NCBI GenBank assembly: GCA_045628045.1
Contig: JAZQOV010000006.1
Span: 96,001 to 160,000, forward strand
Reading direction: 5' to 3'
Length of the DNA stretch: 64,000 nt
Source of the DNA: Bacilli bacterium
GTDB lineage: Bacteria > Bacillota_I > Bacilli_A > RFN20 > CAG-826
The position numbers and the translations under genes are program-made. Below, piece by piece: positions 46,485 to 57,268 of this stretch. Under the pieces are notes generated by a model. That model saw only the letters and a program-made list of their open reading frames with translations. It was not told the origin of the DNA and ran no database searches. Each line of letters begins with the position of its first letter. The first letter of the stretch is position 1.

Positions 46485-47824
46485 TATTTAAGCTTTCCTA
46501 AAAGATAGATTGCCTTTGCATAAATAAATGCTGATTTCATGATGTCAACAACTGGCATGTATTCGTTTGGTTGATGCATGACATAATCTCTTCCTGGGAA
46601 AAGCGCTCCAAATGCGACTGTATTTTTACAATGTTTTGCATAAGTTCCGCCACCAATTGTCATCGGATCATGGAAAAGGTCATAAGATTCTTTTCTGTAT
46701 GCCTTCATTAATGTTTTAACAAGTTTAGATTTTGGATCAAACAAAAGATATGGAGATTCGGTTCCCATCTTTGATTTTGTGCCAAACTCGGCATCAAAAT
46801 TGTCTTTATATTCAACGCATTTAACTGTTTCCGGATATCTAAAATTAACACTGAATTTTAAAAGTCCTTTTTCATAAGAAACTAGACCAACACAATAGGT
46901 TGTTTCGCCCATCAATTTTGTTGATGCATAACCATTAAAAGATTTGCCTCTTGTGTCACTTAATTTATTATAAAGTTCAAGAAGTTTATCATTATGATAA
47001 ACATGTCCCAAAACATCAAATGCCTTTAATGCAGCATTCACGCCTCTTTCTGGTGTTGAACCATGAGCAGATTTTCCAAAAATACGAACAATATTTCCTT
47101 CTGTTTTGTGAGCAATACAATTCTTTGTTAAATACTCTTCAACTTCAGTAGCATCATCGAGTTCAATTTTAACTTTATCGCAAACAGCATTTGTTGCTGC
47201 TCCGCCACTAATTGAAATAACATGTGGAAGATCGATTTTAAGTTCTGGGAAGAAATCAACGATGCCTTTTTCACCATAAATTAATGGGAAATCTGCATCT
47301 GGTGTAAAACCATATGTTGGATCAGGTTTCTTTAATGTTTTGAAATAGTAATCAAGACATTTTGAGCCTCTTTCTTCATCACCGCCAACAACTAAACGAA
47401 TTTTATAATTCTTAATTAAATCGAACTTTTTAAGTGCAAGAACGGCATAAAATGCTGCCATAAAAGGTCCTTTATCATCAGAGGTTCCTCTACCATAAAT
47501 TTTTCCGTTTTCAATAAATGGAGAGAATGGTCCTTGTGTCCAAACACCAGTTGGAGGGACAACATCAGCGTGAGCAAAAATGCCAATCATCTTATCACCT
47601 TCACCAATGGTGAGTTCTGTACAATAACCATCACAACGATCAACTTTAAATCCATTCTTTTCGCCTAGGCGAGCAACGTATTCAAGCGCGTCTGCAACAC
47701 CAGCGCCAAAAGGATGTTCCTTAGTTACTGTTTTTTCATCATAAACTGAGTTTATTGAAACAAATCTCATAAGCTCTTCGAGCATGTTGTCTTTTGACTC
47801 TCTTAAAAAGCTATCGTATTTCAT
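46484..47824 (-). CDS. pepV: M20 dipeptidase (PepV/Sapep)
   Basis: HADVVP, GRGTSDDKGP, DEE, PDADFP, GEKG, AHGSTP, GGGTYA, HQPNE. Confidence 0.9.
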   Translation of the reverse strand: MKYDSFLRESKDNMLEELMRFVSINSVYDEKTVTKEHPFGAGVADALEYVARLGEKNGFKVDRCDGYCTELTIGEGDKMIGIFAHADVVPPTGVWTQGPFSPFIENGKIYGRGTSDDKGPFMAAFYAVLALKKFDLIKNYKIRLVVGGDEERGSKCLDYYFKTLKKPDPTYGFTPDADFPLIYGEKGIVDFFPELKIDLPHVISISGGAATNAVCDKVKIELDDATEVEEYLTKNCIAHKTEGNIVRIFGKSAHGSTPERGVNAALKAFDVLGHVYHNDKLLELYNKLSDTRGKSFNGYASTKLMGETTYCVGLVSYEKGLLKFSVNFRYPETVKCVEYKDNFDAEFGTKSKMGTESPYLLFDPKSKLVKTLMKAYRKESYDLFHDPMTIGGGTYAKHCKNTVAFGALFPGRDYVMHQPNEYMPVVDIMKSAFIYAKAIYLLGKLK

Positions 47825-48570
47825 TTTTCTACCTCTTTGTACAACAAGTACATTCCTTTCAAAGTTAAATATGGTTCAAATATTGCTTCTGGGAATTCGT
47901 TTTTAATAAATCTTAAATTCCCACCAGTAATAATTAATTTTGTATTTTTACCTTTAATGTTTTTGTAAACATTTTCAATACCAGCAACAGTTGACCAATA
48001 AGCACCATGATTCATAGAATCAATTGTATTAGTGCCTAACTTGTCGCTATGTTTGAACATTCCTTCAGCATTAGGAAGGAGCGCAGTTCTTTCATGAAAC
48101 ATTTTTATCATTGTTTCGATGCCAGGAAACATTGATAATCCTTCAAATGAAGATTTTGTGTTCAAATAAATAAGTTTTGTAATTGTCCCACAATCTGCAA
48201 TAAGTGATGAACCAGGATAATACTTTTCAGCGGCCTTGATATCTGCAAGCAAATCGCCTCCAATAGGTTCGGTTATCTTCTTATTTTTATTCTTAAGTTC
48301 ATAGCTCTTCCAATCAAAAATTGAAAGATTTAAACCTAAGAATTTTTTAACAGATTTTCTAACCAATTTTTCATTAGAAGGAGCAACTGAAAAAATCATC
48401 CCTTTTTCTGGAAATCCATGGGTTTTTCCGTATATTTTCAAGGTTTCATCAAGTTTTTTCTTTTCGTCTGGTAGCTTGAAAAATCCAACAAAATCAACCA
48501 TTTTTTCTTTCTCAAAAACAGCTAATTCAGTTGCGGTATTTCCAATGTCTACAATTAAAACTTTACTCAT
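47821..48570 (-). CDS. coaX: Type III pantothenate kinase
   Basis: VDIGNT, IGGD, DCGTIT, TALLP, ITGGN, LTLKGM. Confidence 0.88.
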   Translation of the reverse strand: MSKVLIVDIGNTATELAVFEKEKMVDFVGFFKLPDEKKKLDETLKIYGKTHGFPEKGMIFSVAPSNEKLVRKSVKKFLGLNLSIFDWKSYELKNKNKKITEPIGGDLLADIKAAEKYYPGSSLIADCGTITKLIYLNTKSSFEGLSMFPGIETMIKMFHERTALLPNAEGMFKHSDKLGTNTIDSMNHGAYWSTVAGIENVYKNIKGKNTKLIITGGNLRFIKNEFPEAIFEPYLTLKGMYLLYKEVEK

Positions 48571-48571
48571 T

Positions 48572-50974
48572 TTATAAAGCGATAATATTAACTATCTTTC
48601 CTTTTACAACAATGACACGTTTAATTTCTTTTCCTTCAATGTGACGTTTAACGCCTTCGCATTGCATAGCAAGCTTTGTTAATTCGTCATCACTTGCGTC
48701 GATTGGAGCATCAAATGTGTCTCTTAATTTTCCACAAACAGATGCAGCAATTTTAACAGTATTCAAAACAAGTTTTGACTCATCAAATGTTGGCCACTTC
48801 TCATAAGCAATGATTTGCTTTTTGGTTGTTAACTCAAAGAGTTCTTCCCCAACAAATGGGCAGACACAGCTAAACATCTTTAAGAAATTAACCATGTATG
48901 GTCTATATAATGTTTTGGCTTTGAATAAAGCATTAACAAATATCATCATTTGAGCAATGCCAGTATTTATTTGAAGTGACTCAAAATCATTTGTTACTTT
49001 CTTCACTGTAGCGTTATAGACAAAGTCTAACTCTCCAGAATTTGTATCACTAAAACGATTTGTGAACTCTGAATCGGTGTAGAGTCTATACACACGCTCA
49101 ATAAACCTGCGTGCGCCGCCTAAGCCTGTGGTTGACCAAGCAAATCCTTCTTCAAGTGGTCCGGCAAACATTTCAAATAATCTAAGTGAATCTGCACCAT
49201 ATTCTGCGATAACGTCATCTGGATTAACTACGTTACCACGAGATTTGGACATTTTTTCACCATTTTCACCCAAAATCATTCCTTGATGGAATAATTTTTT
49301 AAATGGTTCATCGCAGAAAACAACCTTTTGATCATAAAGGAATTTATGCCAGAATCTTGCATATAATAAGTGGAGAACAGCATGTTCTGCACCACCAATA
49401 TAAAGATCGACTGGAAGCCAATGTTTAATTAATTTTTCGTCAGCAATAGCTTTGCTATTATGAGGATCTAAATAACGAATATAATACCAACATGAACCTG
49501 CCCATTGTGGCATTGTATTAGTTTCTCTTTCGCCCTTCTTGCCATTAATTTCAACATTTAACCATGATGTTGCATTAGCAAGAGGTGATTTTCCATCTCC
49601 GTTTGGAGCATACTTATCCATTTCTGGAAGAGTAAGTGGAAGCTCATCAGCGCCATAACAATAAGTTGTTCCGTCACTGAAAGTGACAACTGGAATTGGT
49701 TCACCCCAATAACGTTGACGTGAGAAAATCCAGTCTCTTAACTTATAGTTAACTTTTGATTTACCAGCACCAAGTTCTTCAAGTTTAGCAATAATTGCTT
49801 TCTTTGCATCGGCAATATTTAAGCCATCGGCAAAGCCGGAGTTGATGTGTTTTGCATCGCCTTCCATAGCTTTTTCTGAAACATCACCTTCAAGGACTTG
49901 GATCATTTCAAGTTTGTATTTCTTGGCGAATTCATAATCTCTTTGATCATGAGTTGGAACAGCCATAACTGCACCGCTTCCATAACCAAAAAGGACGTAA
50001 TCAGCCGCGAAAATAGGTACTTTTTTACCATTAATTGGGTTAATAGCATATGCACCAGTAAACACGCCAGTCTTATCTTTGTTGAGTTCAGTTCTTTCCA
50101 TATCTGACTTGGATTGAACTTCTTTAATATATTTTTCGACAGCAGGAAGTTGTTCCTTTGTTGCAAGTTTCTTTACGAGTGGGTGTTCAGGCGCTAAGCA
50201 ACAATATGTGCATCCGAATAATGTGTCTGCACGTGTTGTGAAGACTGTGAATGATTCATTAGAATCAGCAACCTTAAATGTTATTTCTGCACCAAGAGAT
50301 TTGCCAATCCAGTTCTTTTGCATAACCAAAGTTGATTTTGGCCAATCCATTGTTTCTAAAGAATCAATGAGTTTATCAGCATATCTTGTAATTCTTAAAA
50401 CCCATTGTCTCATTGGCATTTTAATAACTGGGAAACCACCACGTTCGGATTTTCCATCAATAACTTCTTCGTTAGCAAGAACTGTACCAAGTTCTGGACA
50501 GAAGTTAACAGGAATATTTGAGACGTATGCTAAATCTTCCTTATATAATAAGGAGAAAATCCATTGAGTCCATTTATAATACTCTGGTTCACATGTAGCA
50601 ATTTCTTTGCTCCAGTCATATGAAAATCCTAAGGCTTTAATTTGATCTCTAAAATGATCTATGTTCTTCTTTGTGAATTCATAAGGGTGTTTATTATTTT
50701 GAATTGCGTATTGTTCTGCAGGAAGACCAAAAGCATCGTATCCCATCGGATGAAGGACGTTAAATCCTTGCATTCTCTTCATACGAGCAACAACATCTGA
50801 GGCTGTGTATCCTAAAGGATGACCGACATGTAAACCTTGTCCTGATGGATAAGGAAACATATCTAATACATAGTATTTTGGTTTGCTGAAGTCATAAACA
50901 TCGCAATAAAATGGTTTCTTATCTTCGTAAATCTTCAACCATTTCTGTTCAATTTTCTTGTGATCGTAACTCAT
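48572..50974 (-). CDS. leuS: Leucine--tRNA ligase
   Basis: [30 protein letters not shown]. Start revised to ATG 50974 (MSYDHKK; SD GAGGTG). Confidence 0.97.
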   Translation of the reverse strand: MSYDHKKIEQKWLKIYEDKKPFYCDVYDFSKPKYYVLDMFPYPSGQGLHVGHPLGYTASDVVARMKRMQGFNVLHPMGYDAFGLPAEQYAIQNNKHPYEFTKKNIDHFRDQIKALGFSYDWSKEIATCEPEYYKWTQWIFSLLYKEDLAYVSNIPVNFCPELGTVLANEEVIDGKSERGGFPVIKMPMRQWVLRITRYADKLIDSLETMDWPKSTLVMQKNWIGKSLGAEITFKVADSNESFTVFTTRADTLFGCTYCCLAPEHPLVKKLATKEQLPAVEKYIKEVQSKSDMERTELNKDKTGVFTGAYAINPINGKKVPIFAADYVLFGYGSGAVMAVPTHDQRDYEFAKKYKLEMIQVLEGDVSEKAMEGDAKHINSGFADGLNIADAKKAIIAKLEELGAGKSKVNYKLRDWIFSRQRYWGEPIPVVTFSDGTTYCYGADELPLTLPEMDKYAPNGDGKSPLANATSWLNVEINGKKGERETNTMPQWAGSCWYYIRYLDPHNSKAIADEKLIKHWLPVDLYIGGAEHAVLHLLYARFWHKFLYDQKVVFCDEPFKKLFHQGMILGENGEKMSKSRGNVVNPDDVIAEYGADSLRLFEMFAGPLEEGFAWSTTGLGGARRFIERVYRLYTDSEFTNRFSDTNSGELDFVYNATVKKVTNDFESLQINTGIAQMMIFVNALFKAKTLYRPYMVNFLKMFSCVCPFVGEELFELTTKKQIIAYEKWPTFDESKLVLNTVKIAASVCGKLRDTFDAPIDASDDELTKLAMQCEGVKRHIEGKEIKRVIVVKGKIVNIIAL

Positions 50975-51094
50975 AATTAACAACACCTCTCACATTAAAT
51001 TTTAAAATTTAATCGTTTAAGATTATATCATAATCAAGAATTATATAAATAATTATTGTTTCCCTTTTTCAAAAAGTCTTTGTAAAATATAGTC

Positions 51095-51568
51095 ATGTCG
51101 AAAGAAAAAAACGATAAAATTTTAAAGGTTGGACCATGGCGAATTATTAAGATTTTTGCCCTTGCTTTTTTTGTGCTTGAAATCATCTTTTATATCACCT
51201 TCCAAGGCGCAAATAATGGTGACTTTTGGCCATTAGATAGAAGTTTTTACTTCTACACTCCACTTTTATTCGCTGCAACAGTAGTCTTTTGCATCATCTC
51301 AATCACATCAACTTTTTACGAAATTAGAGGAGCAGTTTTTGCTCACGTAAAAATGGGAAAAGTCACTGAATATACTTTTAACAATATTATCTATGTTGAT
51401 GAAGATTTTTCGTTAAGCAAAAAAATGCTAAGATTTTACACAAAAGACGGCACAGAACATCTTCTAGTCTTTGATAAAAAAGGCGTTTTATTCCAAACAA
51501 TTTTAGAAAAATCTCCATTAATCACAAAAGAGGAGTTTAAAAGACGCTTCCCAAATATAAAGATGTAA
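51095..51568 (+). CDS. Hypothetical membrane protein (2 TM plus PH-like soluble domain)
   Basis: Two hydrophobic segments then a beta-rich domain; -10 TAAAAT 6 nt before the ATG. Confidence 0.7.
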   Translation: MSKEKNDKILKVGPWRIIKIFALAFFVLEIIFYITFQGANNGDFWPLDRSFYFYTPLLFAATVVFCIISITSTFYEIRGAVFAHVKMGKVTEYTFNNIIYVDEDFSLSKKMLRFYTKDGTEHLLVFDKKGVLFQTILEKSPLITKEEFKRRFPNIKM

Positions 51569-51640
51569 AAATATACTTATTTACATCAATGCATTCATTT
51601 GCTAAAATATATCTCGCTTTTTAGAAAAGAGGAAATAGTT

Positions 51641-51829
51641 ATGTCAAGAAAATGTGAAATCTCAGGCGTTGGTCCAAAGAGCGGAAATGCACGTTCACAC
51701 TCAATGATCGCAACTCGTAGAGTTTGGAATGGCAATCTTCAAAAATATAAAATGAACATTAATGGCAAGATGGTTACTGTTAAAATGACAGCAAGAGCAC
51801 ATCGTGCATTAATGAAAAACGCTAAATAA
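51641..51829 (+). CDS. rpmB: 50S ribosomal protein L28
   Basis: Start revised to ATG 51641: MSRKCEISG...GNARSHS...TRRVWNGNLQ; SD GAGG. Confidence 0.95.
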   Translation: MSRKCEISGVGPKSGNARSHSMIATRRVWNGNLQKYKMNINGKMVTVKMTARAHRALMKNAK

Positions 51830-51846
51830 TTTACTATTTAGATATG

Positions 51847-51877
51847 AAAAGAAGAGATTCGAATGAATCTCTTTTTT
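51847..51877. terminator. Bidirectional terminator
   Basis: AAGAGATTC-GAAT-GAATCTCTT flanked by A and T tracts. Confidence 0.8.
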
Positions 51878-52565
51878 ATTTAATTAATAATTGAACAAAA
51901 TAAGTTAATTCGTTCATAAAAAGCAAGACAAATAGAATCCATTCGCTATAAGCGAGTACAAATTTCTTTGGTCTTGCGTATTTATTTTCTTTCTCACTAA
52001 CCACATCAAGACTGGCCCATGTGCGAAGTTTTGGGTTGAAGATAGTTAGTAATGTAACTAAACATACAATTCCAGAGACAATTTCACATGCAATAAAAAG
52101 CGGCTCAACGTGTCCATAACGTTCACATGTTTTATAAGATACAAGCGCGCGTGCAAATAATAATGCACCACTTAACAAAGTTAAAAATACAAATATCACA
52201 AACAAATTTAAATGAACTTTCACGTGTGTTGCATCAAAAATATGAATGAAAATAAAAATAATTGAAGCAAATCCAAGAATAACACATATTAAAATTGATA
52301 AAGGGTTTAATCCTTTGAACTTACTCGGTCCTTCAAACAAAACAATAAGTGGAGTGAAACAAGCTCCTGAAAATAGGTAAGTAAAAAATGAATAAACTTT
52401 TGAAGCAGAGCCACTATTATTGATTACTTCAAAAGGAAATATTCTCATAAATGAGAATTTATATTCATCAATTGGTTTTGTAAAAATCTTTGCAACAATA
52501 ATCGTTCCGAAGAAACTAACAATTAATAATGAAACTGAAATAATCCAGCTTATTGAAAAATTCAT
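51876..52565 (-). CDS. Hypothetical polytopic membrane protein (about 6 TM)
   Basis: Hydrophobic pattern; start overlaps the rpe stop (ATGA). Confidence 0.75.
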   Translation of the reverse strand: MNFSISWIISVSLLIVSFFGTIIVAKIFTKPIDEYKFSFMRIFPFEVINNSGSASKVYSFFTYLFSGACFTPLIVLFEGPSKFKGLNPLSILICVILGFASIIFIFIHIFDATHVKVHLNLFVIFVFLTLLSGALLFARALVSYKTCERYGHVEPLFIACEIVSGIVCLVTLLTIFNPKLRTWASLDVVSEKENKYARPKKFVLAYSEWILFVLLFMNELTYFVQLLIK

Positions 52566-53215
52566 CTTAAAGTCTCAAATCTTTTTGCGATGTCTTCGTG
52601 GCCATAAAGATATGAACCAGCAACTAAAATATCAGCACCAGCTTTACGACATTTTTGTCCTGTTTCACCATTAATTCCACCATCAACTTCAATCAAACAA
52701 TTTAAATTATTTTTATCAATCCATTTACGGAGTTTTCTAATTTTTCCAAGAGCACTAGGAATAAAAGCTTGACCGCCTTTTCCTGGTTCTACAGACATGA
52801 CTAAAACTAATTCTACTTCTTTAACAAGTTCTTTTAGAACTTTGACTTTAGTTTTTGGTTTTATTGAAATACCAGCCTTGCATCCCTTTTTATGAATAAG
52901 ATCTATTACTTTTGAACAACAATTTGGACATTCAAGAGCTTCATAATGGAATGTAACGATGTCGGCGCCAGCTTTAATGAATTCAGGAGCGACTTTTTCA
53001 GGATCTTGAACCATAATATGGACGTCGTTTACCATCTTGTGAACTTTAGCATTTTCTTTAACTGCACTAACTTCAAAAGATTTATTTGGAACAAAAATTC
53101 CATCCATTATATCCCAATGGATATATTCGGCTCCAAGGGCTTCTACTTTTAAAATTTCAGACTTTAAATTCTTTTTGTCTGCAGATAATAAACTTGGTGC
53201 AATATAGTTTTTCAT
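52562..53215 (-). CDS. rpe: Ribulose-phosphate 3-epimerase
   Basis: IAPSLLSAD, HWDIMDG, DVHIMV, MSVEPG, EVDGGI, LVAGS. Confidence 0.96.
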   Translation of the reverse strand: MKNYIAPSLLSADKKNLKSEILKVEALGAEYIHWDIMDGIFVPNKSFEVSAVKENAKVHKMVNDVHIMVQDPEKVAPEFIKAGADIVTFHYEALECPNCCSKVIDLIHKKGCKAGISIKPKTKVKVLKELVKEVELVLVMSVEPGKGGQAFIPSALGKIRKLRKWIDKNNLNCLIEVDGGINGETGQKCRKAGADILVAGSYLYGHEDIAKRFETLR

Positions 53216-54078
53216 TTCTGATACCTCTTTGATTTATATTCTAGTTCGTTAAGTAATTTAATATATACTTCATAACCTTCTTTTGAAAGGTTACCTTTAG
53301 ATATTTCTTCTTTAATTTTACACTCTTTTTCTTTTTGGTGAAGGCAATTTGAAAAATAACATTCTAAATAATGTTTCTCATAACCCGGAAAATACTGAGC
53401 TAAATCTTCTTTGTATAGATCGAGTTCTAAGGATGAAAATCCTGGAGTGTCTCCAATAAAACCATTTCTGAATGGCAAAAGGATGACTTCCTTGGTTTGA
53501 TGTTTGCCTCTTCCAAGAGCTTCACTATATTCTCCAACCTTACGATTAAAATGCGGATCAATTAAATTTATAGCGGAACTTTTTCCAACACCGGTTTGCC
53601 CCATTATTATTGTGGTTTTATCTTGCAAAAACCCCTGTAATTCCTGGATATTTTCAGGTTTCTTCGTGGAAATTAAGAAAACTTTATAACCTAGTTTTTC
53701 CAAATCATTTTTAAGATTTTCAACCTTTGATGTGTCAACTAGACAATCCATTTTTGTGAACATGACAGCCGCAGGAATTCCATTTAAATTTGCATACGTT
53801 AAAAACTTATAAACAAGTTCTGGAGAAAGTTCTGGTTCAACAACAGACATTGTAATCATAAGCAAATCAATATTTGCAGATCTAGGTCTAATAATTGAAT
53901 TTGTTCTTTCAATAATGCTTTCAATTATTCCTTCTTTTTCATCAAAGATAACATTGTCACCAGCAAGTAAAGAAATTGATTTATGTTTTAAAGCACCACG
54001 CGAAAAAAGATTATAAATCTTTCCATCACTAATAACTTTATAATTTCCACCAACTATTGATAAAACTTTTCCCTTCAT
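53212..54078 (-). CDS. rsgA: Ribosome small subunit-dependent GTPase
   Basis: TKMD, GQTGVGKSS, RGKHQT, DTPGFS and Zn site CYFSNCLH...C. Confidence 0.95.
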   Translation of the reverse strand: MKGKVLSIVGGNYKVISDGKIYNLFSRGALKHKSISLLAGDNVIFDEKEGIIESIIERTNSIIRPRSANIDLLMITMSVVEPELSPELVYKFLTYANLNGIPAAVMFTKMDCLVDTSKVENLKNDLEKLGYKVFLISTKKPENIQELQGFLQDKTTIIMGQTGVGKSSAINLIDPHFNRKVGEYSEALGRGKHQTKEVILLPFRNGFIGDTPGFSSLELDLYKEDLAQYFPGYEKHYLECYFSNCLHQKEKECKIKEEISKGNLSKEGYEVYIKLLNELEYKSKRYQK

Positions 54079-54930
54079 TTAGAAAAACCTTTCAAAAAAT
54101 GAGCGCTTTATCTTTTTGCCTTGTTGGAAAAGCATAATGTCTTTTTTAAATTCAGCAGCGTTATGATACCTTTTTCCAGGATTTTTATTAACTGCTTTTA
54201 AAATTATATAATCCAAATTTTTATCAATTGAATTAACAATATCTGAAGGTAGCGGACATGCTTTTGAAACATGCGCTTCCGCTATTTCCTTTGTGGTTCC
54301 ATCAAACGGAAGAATGCCTGTTATTAATTGAAAAAAAGTGACTCCTGCAGCATAAATATCCGAGAAAACCGAGAATTTTTTACTTGTTAACACTTCTGGA
54401 GCAAGGTAATGAACTGACCCCATTATCTCATCTTCAACAGAAGTATCATTTTCTTTTTTTGCAATACCAAAATCACCAAGTTTTATTAATCCGTTTGGAA
54501 GATAAAAAATGTTTTGTGGTTTAATATCTCGATGCAAAATTTTATGATTATGAATGCATTCAATTGCGTCCAATAATTGAATCATAATTTCACATGCTTC
54601 TTTCACGCTAAATTTAGTGTAAAACTCAAGTTTATCAAGTAAAGTTTGGCTCTTTAAATATTCTAAAACTAAGTAAGGTCTATTTTCCCAACGACCTTCT
54701 TCATAAATAGACATAATATTAATATGTGACATGGTCACACTTGCTTTAATTTCCTTCTCAAAATCCTTAATTGCAGTTGGATTATCAAGTAACTCTTCTT
54801 TTAAAATTTTAAGAGCCACCACTTTTCCAAGAAATAAATCTTTGCATTCAAAAACGACGGCCATTCCGCCTGTTCCTAAATGTGACAAAACACTGTAGCG
54901 ATTATCAATAATATCGCCTATTTTAATCAT
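54079..54930 (-). CDS. prkC: Hanks-type Ser/Thr kinase, PrkC/PknB-like catalytic domain only
   Basis: Start revised to ATG 54930 (MIKIGDIIDNRY). LGTGGMAVV, VALK, HRDIKPQN, DFGIA, GSVHYLAPE; ends about 15 aa after the kinase domain. Confidence 0.9.
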   Translation of the reverse strand: MIKIGDIIDNRYSVLSHLGTGGMAVVFECKDLFLGKVVALKILKEELLDNPTAIKDFEKEIKASVTMSHINIMSIYEEGRWENRPYLVLEYLKSQTLLDKLEFYTKFSVKEACEIMIQLLDAIECIHNHKILHRDIKPQNIFYLPNGLIKLGDFGIAKKENDTSVEDEIMGSVHYLAPEVLTSKKFSVFSDIYAAGVTFFQLITGILPFDGTTKEIAEAHVSKACPLPSDIVNSIDKNLDYIILKAVNKNPGKRYHNAAEFKKDIMLFQQGKKIKRSFFERFF

Positions 54931-55669
54931 TCTTGTATGGCTCCCAAAGTGAAATGGCAATGTTGTCTGTTCCACCATTTGAATTAGCTACACCAATTAG
55001 GCTACTAATCTTTTGATCTAATCTTTCCTGGCTAGAAAGCACAGAAGAAATTTGTTTATTTGTTGCGTTATTGTATAAGCCATCTGAGCATAAAAGTATG
55101 GTTTTTCTATTGTTTTTTAGTACTTTTAGCTCATAATCAACGCTCTTTTTCTGTCCGATAAAGTTCATAAGAGCATGGCGATCTTTTGAAGTGAGTTTTT
55201 CTTCTTCCTTAATTTCTTTGTAAGAAGCCAAATATTCAACATATGTTTGATCTCTTGTGATTTGTTTAGCATCTTCATTTATCAAGATGTAGCAACGAGA
55301 GTCACCAATATTTGCAACATAAATTCTTTCTCTAAAGAAGATGGCTATGCATAATGTTGTGCCCATTCCTTTTAACGTATCGCTATCGTTAGCTTGGCTA
55401 AAAACAGAAGAATTTATTGTTTTAATGATTTTGTCAATCCATTGTCTAACTTGGAAAGCAAAAATCCATTTTCTCTTAGTTTTAAAAGCATTTGAGACAA
55501 TATCTGCAGCTATTTTGCTTGCAAAATCGCCTTTCATGTATCCGCCCATTCCATCGCATACGCAAAGAAGGACGTTTCCATCAGCGTCGATTAAAGATAG
55601 TGCTTTGTCTTCGTTAGAAGCACGCACTAATCCAATATCAGTTGCACTACCAAATCTTCCTTTAATCAT
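54923..55669 (-). CDS. prpC: PP2C-type Ser/Thr phosphatase
   Basis: TDIGLVRASNED, CDGMGG, GMGTT, NIGDSR, LCSDGL, GGTDNI. Confidence 0.94.
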   Translation of the reverse strand: MIKGRFGSATDIGLVRASNEDKALSLIDADGNVLLCVCDGMGGYMKGDFASKIAADIVSNAFKTKRKWIFAFQVRQWIDKIIKTINSSVFSQANDSDTLKGMGTTLCIAIFFRERIYVANIGDSRCYILINEDAKQITRDQTYVEYLASYKEIKEEEKLTSKDRHALMNFIGQKKSVDYELKVLKNNRKTILLCSDGLYNNATNKQISSVLSSQERLDQKISSLIGVANSNGGTDNIAISLWEPYKND

Positions 55670-56703
55670 TTTTTAAGTATTTCCTTTGCACGAAGTTGAC
55701 CACAAGCGGCGTCAATATCGTTTCCAAATTCTTTTCTTACTGTGGTATTTACACCATGTTGCATCAAGTATGAGAAGAAATTATGAACATTTTTGTCTGA
55801 ACTACGTTTAAATGAATGCTCATCAACTGGGTTATATGGAATTAAGTTAATATAACTCATTGTTCCTTTCACTAACTTCACTAATTCTTGAGCACATTCA
55901 ATTGAATCATTAACTCCATCAAGCATGATGTATTCAAATGTAACTCTTCTGCCTGCTGTTTTTTCGTAATAACGAACAGCTTCCATAAGTTTATCCATAG
56001 GATAAGCTTTTGAAATTGGCATTAATTTATTTCTAATTTCATCATTTGGTGCATGTAATGAAATTGCAAGATTAGTTTGAAGACCTTCACTTGCATATTT
56101 CATAATGCCTGGCACGAGTCCACATGTGGAAACACTTATGTGTCTTGCACCTATTGCGAGTGCCTTCGGGTGATTTACAATGCGTATAAAGTCCATAACA
56201 TTGTCATAATTGTCAAAAGGTTCGCCAGTTCCCATCACAACAATGTGAGAAACGTGTTCGCCCTTTTCTTCAAGGAGTTTGTTCATTACTAAAACTTGAC
56301 CAACAATTTCATGAACTTCTAGATTTCTCTTCTTTTTAAGAAGACCAGATGCGCAGAAAGCACAGCCCATGTTGCAACCAACTTGAGAAGTAACACAAAT
56401 TGCGTTGCCATAATTATATGGCATTAAAGCTGTTTCAACCTTTGCACCATCTTCAAGTTCTAAAAGAAGTTTAATTGTTCCGTCTTTAGACACTTGTTTT
56501 TTATAGATTGTTGGAAGAGTTAATGAGAAATCTCTATTTAATTCTTCTCTGAATGTCTTTGAGACATCACTCATTTCATCAAAAGAACGTGCTTTCTTTT
56601 CATAAATCCATGTGAAAAGTTGCGTGGCACGATATTTCTTTTGACCACGGTCCATTAATAGTTTTTCTAATTTATGAATTTCTTGACCGTATAAATTAAT
56701 CAT
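55666..56703 (-). CDS. rlmN: Dual-specificity RNA methyltransferase RlmN
   Basis: CVTSQVGCNMGCAFCAS, MGTGEP, DIDAACGQL. Confidence 0.96.
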   Translation of the reverse strand: MINLYGQEIHKLEKLLMDRGQKKYRATQLFTWIYEKKARSFDEMSDVSKTFREELNRDFSLTLPTIYKKQVSKDGTIKLLLELEDGAKVETALMPYNYGNAICVTSQVGCNMGCAFCASGLLKKKRNLEVHEIVGQVLVMNKLLEEKGEHVSHIVVMGTGEPFDNYDNVMDFIRIVNHPKALAIGARHISVSTCGLVPGIMKYASEGLQTNLAISLHAPNDEIRNKLMPISKAYPMDKLMEAVRYYEKTAGRRVTFEYIMLDGVNDSIECAQELVKLVKGTMSYINLIPYNPVDEHSFKRSSDKNVHNFFSYLMQHGVNTTVRKEFGNDIDAACGQLRAKEILKK

Positions 56704-56713
56704 AGATTAATAA

Positions 56714-57259
56714 TTAGTTTTTATGATGCTCGCAGCAGCATTCTCCTTCTTCGTGATCGCATTCGCAATCACCATCGCAATCACATTCGTGATCATGGCA
56801 ATGACATTCTTCTTTTTCTTTATAAATTTCGTCTAATTTTTCTTCCATACCTTTGAAAATGTTTCCTTCATAAAGTTCTTCGTCTTCATCACCATCTTCT
56901 ACGTTTACAAGATTTTCATCAGTTATAAAACGTGGATATTCCTTATTGTGATATTCATATTCATGATGTGAATGGAAATATTCAAAAGTAATTTTTATGT
57001 TTATTGCGAATTCACATAGTGTTTTCAAAATATAAGAAGCGATTCTATCTTCCATTGGTTCATATTTTTCAGGTGCATCAACTTTGACAAGCGCTTGCCA
57101 TGAATTTTGATCTACACCATCATGAAAAACGTATGCATCAGATGCAACAAAAACAATTTCTTCTTTTGTTTCAAAAAGAGAAGTTAAGTTTGCTAAGTGC
57201 TCTCTGGAATAATGACCAATTGTGTATTGATCTAAACCATAAACTGTAATTGTAATCAT
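56714..57259 (-). CDS. DUF1904/tautomerase-like protein with acidic linker and Cys/His-rich C-terminal tail
   Basis: N-terminal ~105 aa resembles the DUF1904 pattern by eye; C-terminus EECHCHDHECDCDGDCECDHEEGECCCEHHKN; SD GAGGT. Confidence 0.6.
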   Translation of the reverse strand: MITITVYGLDQYTIGHYSREHLANLTSLFETKEEIVFVASDAYVFHDGVDQNSWQALVKVDAPEKYEPMEDRIASYILKTLCEFAINIKITFEYFHSHHEYEYHNKEYPRFITDENLVNVEDGDEDEELYEGNIFKGMEEKLDEIYKEKEECHCHDHECDCDGDCECDHEEGECCCEHHKN

Positions 57260-57268
57260 AATTTACTC

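Noticed and set aside
56720-56812. Short nucleotide repeats as CRISPR/VNTR
   Set aside because: Degenerate in-frame codon repeats encoding the Cys/His tail; no repeat-spacer structure or cas genes.
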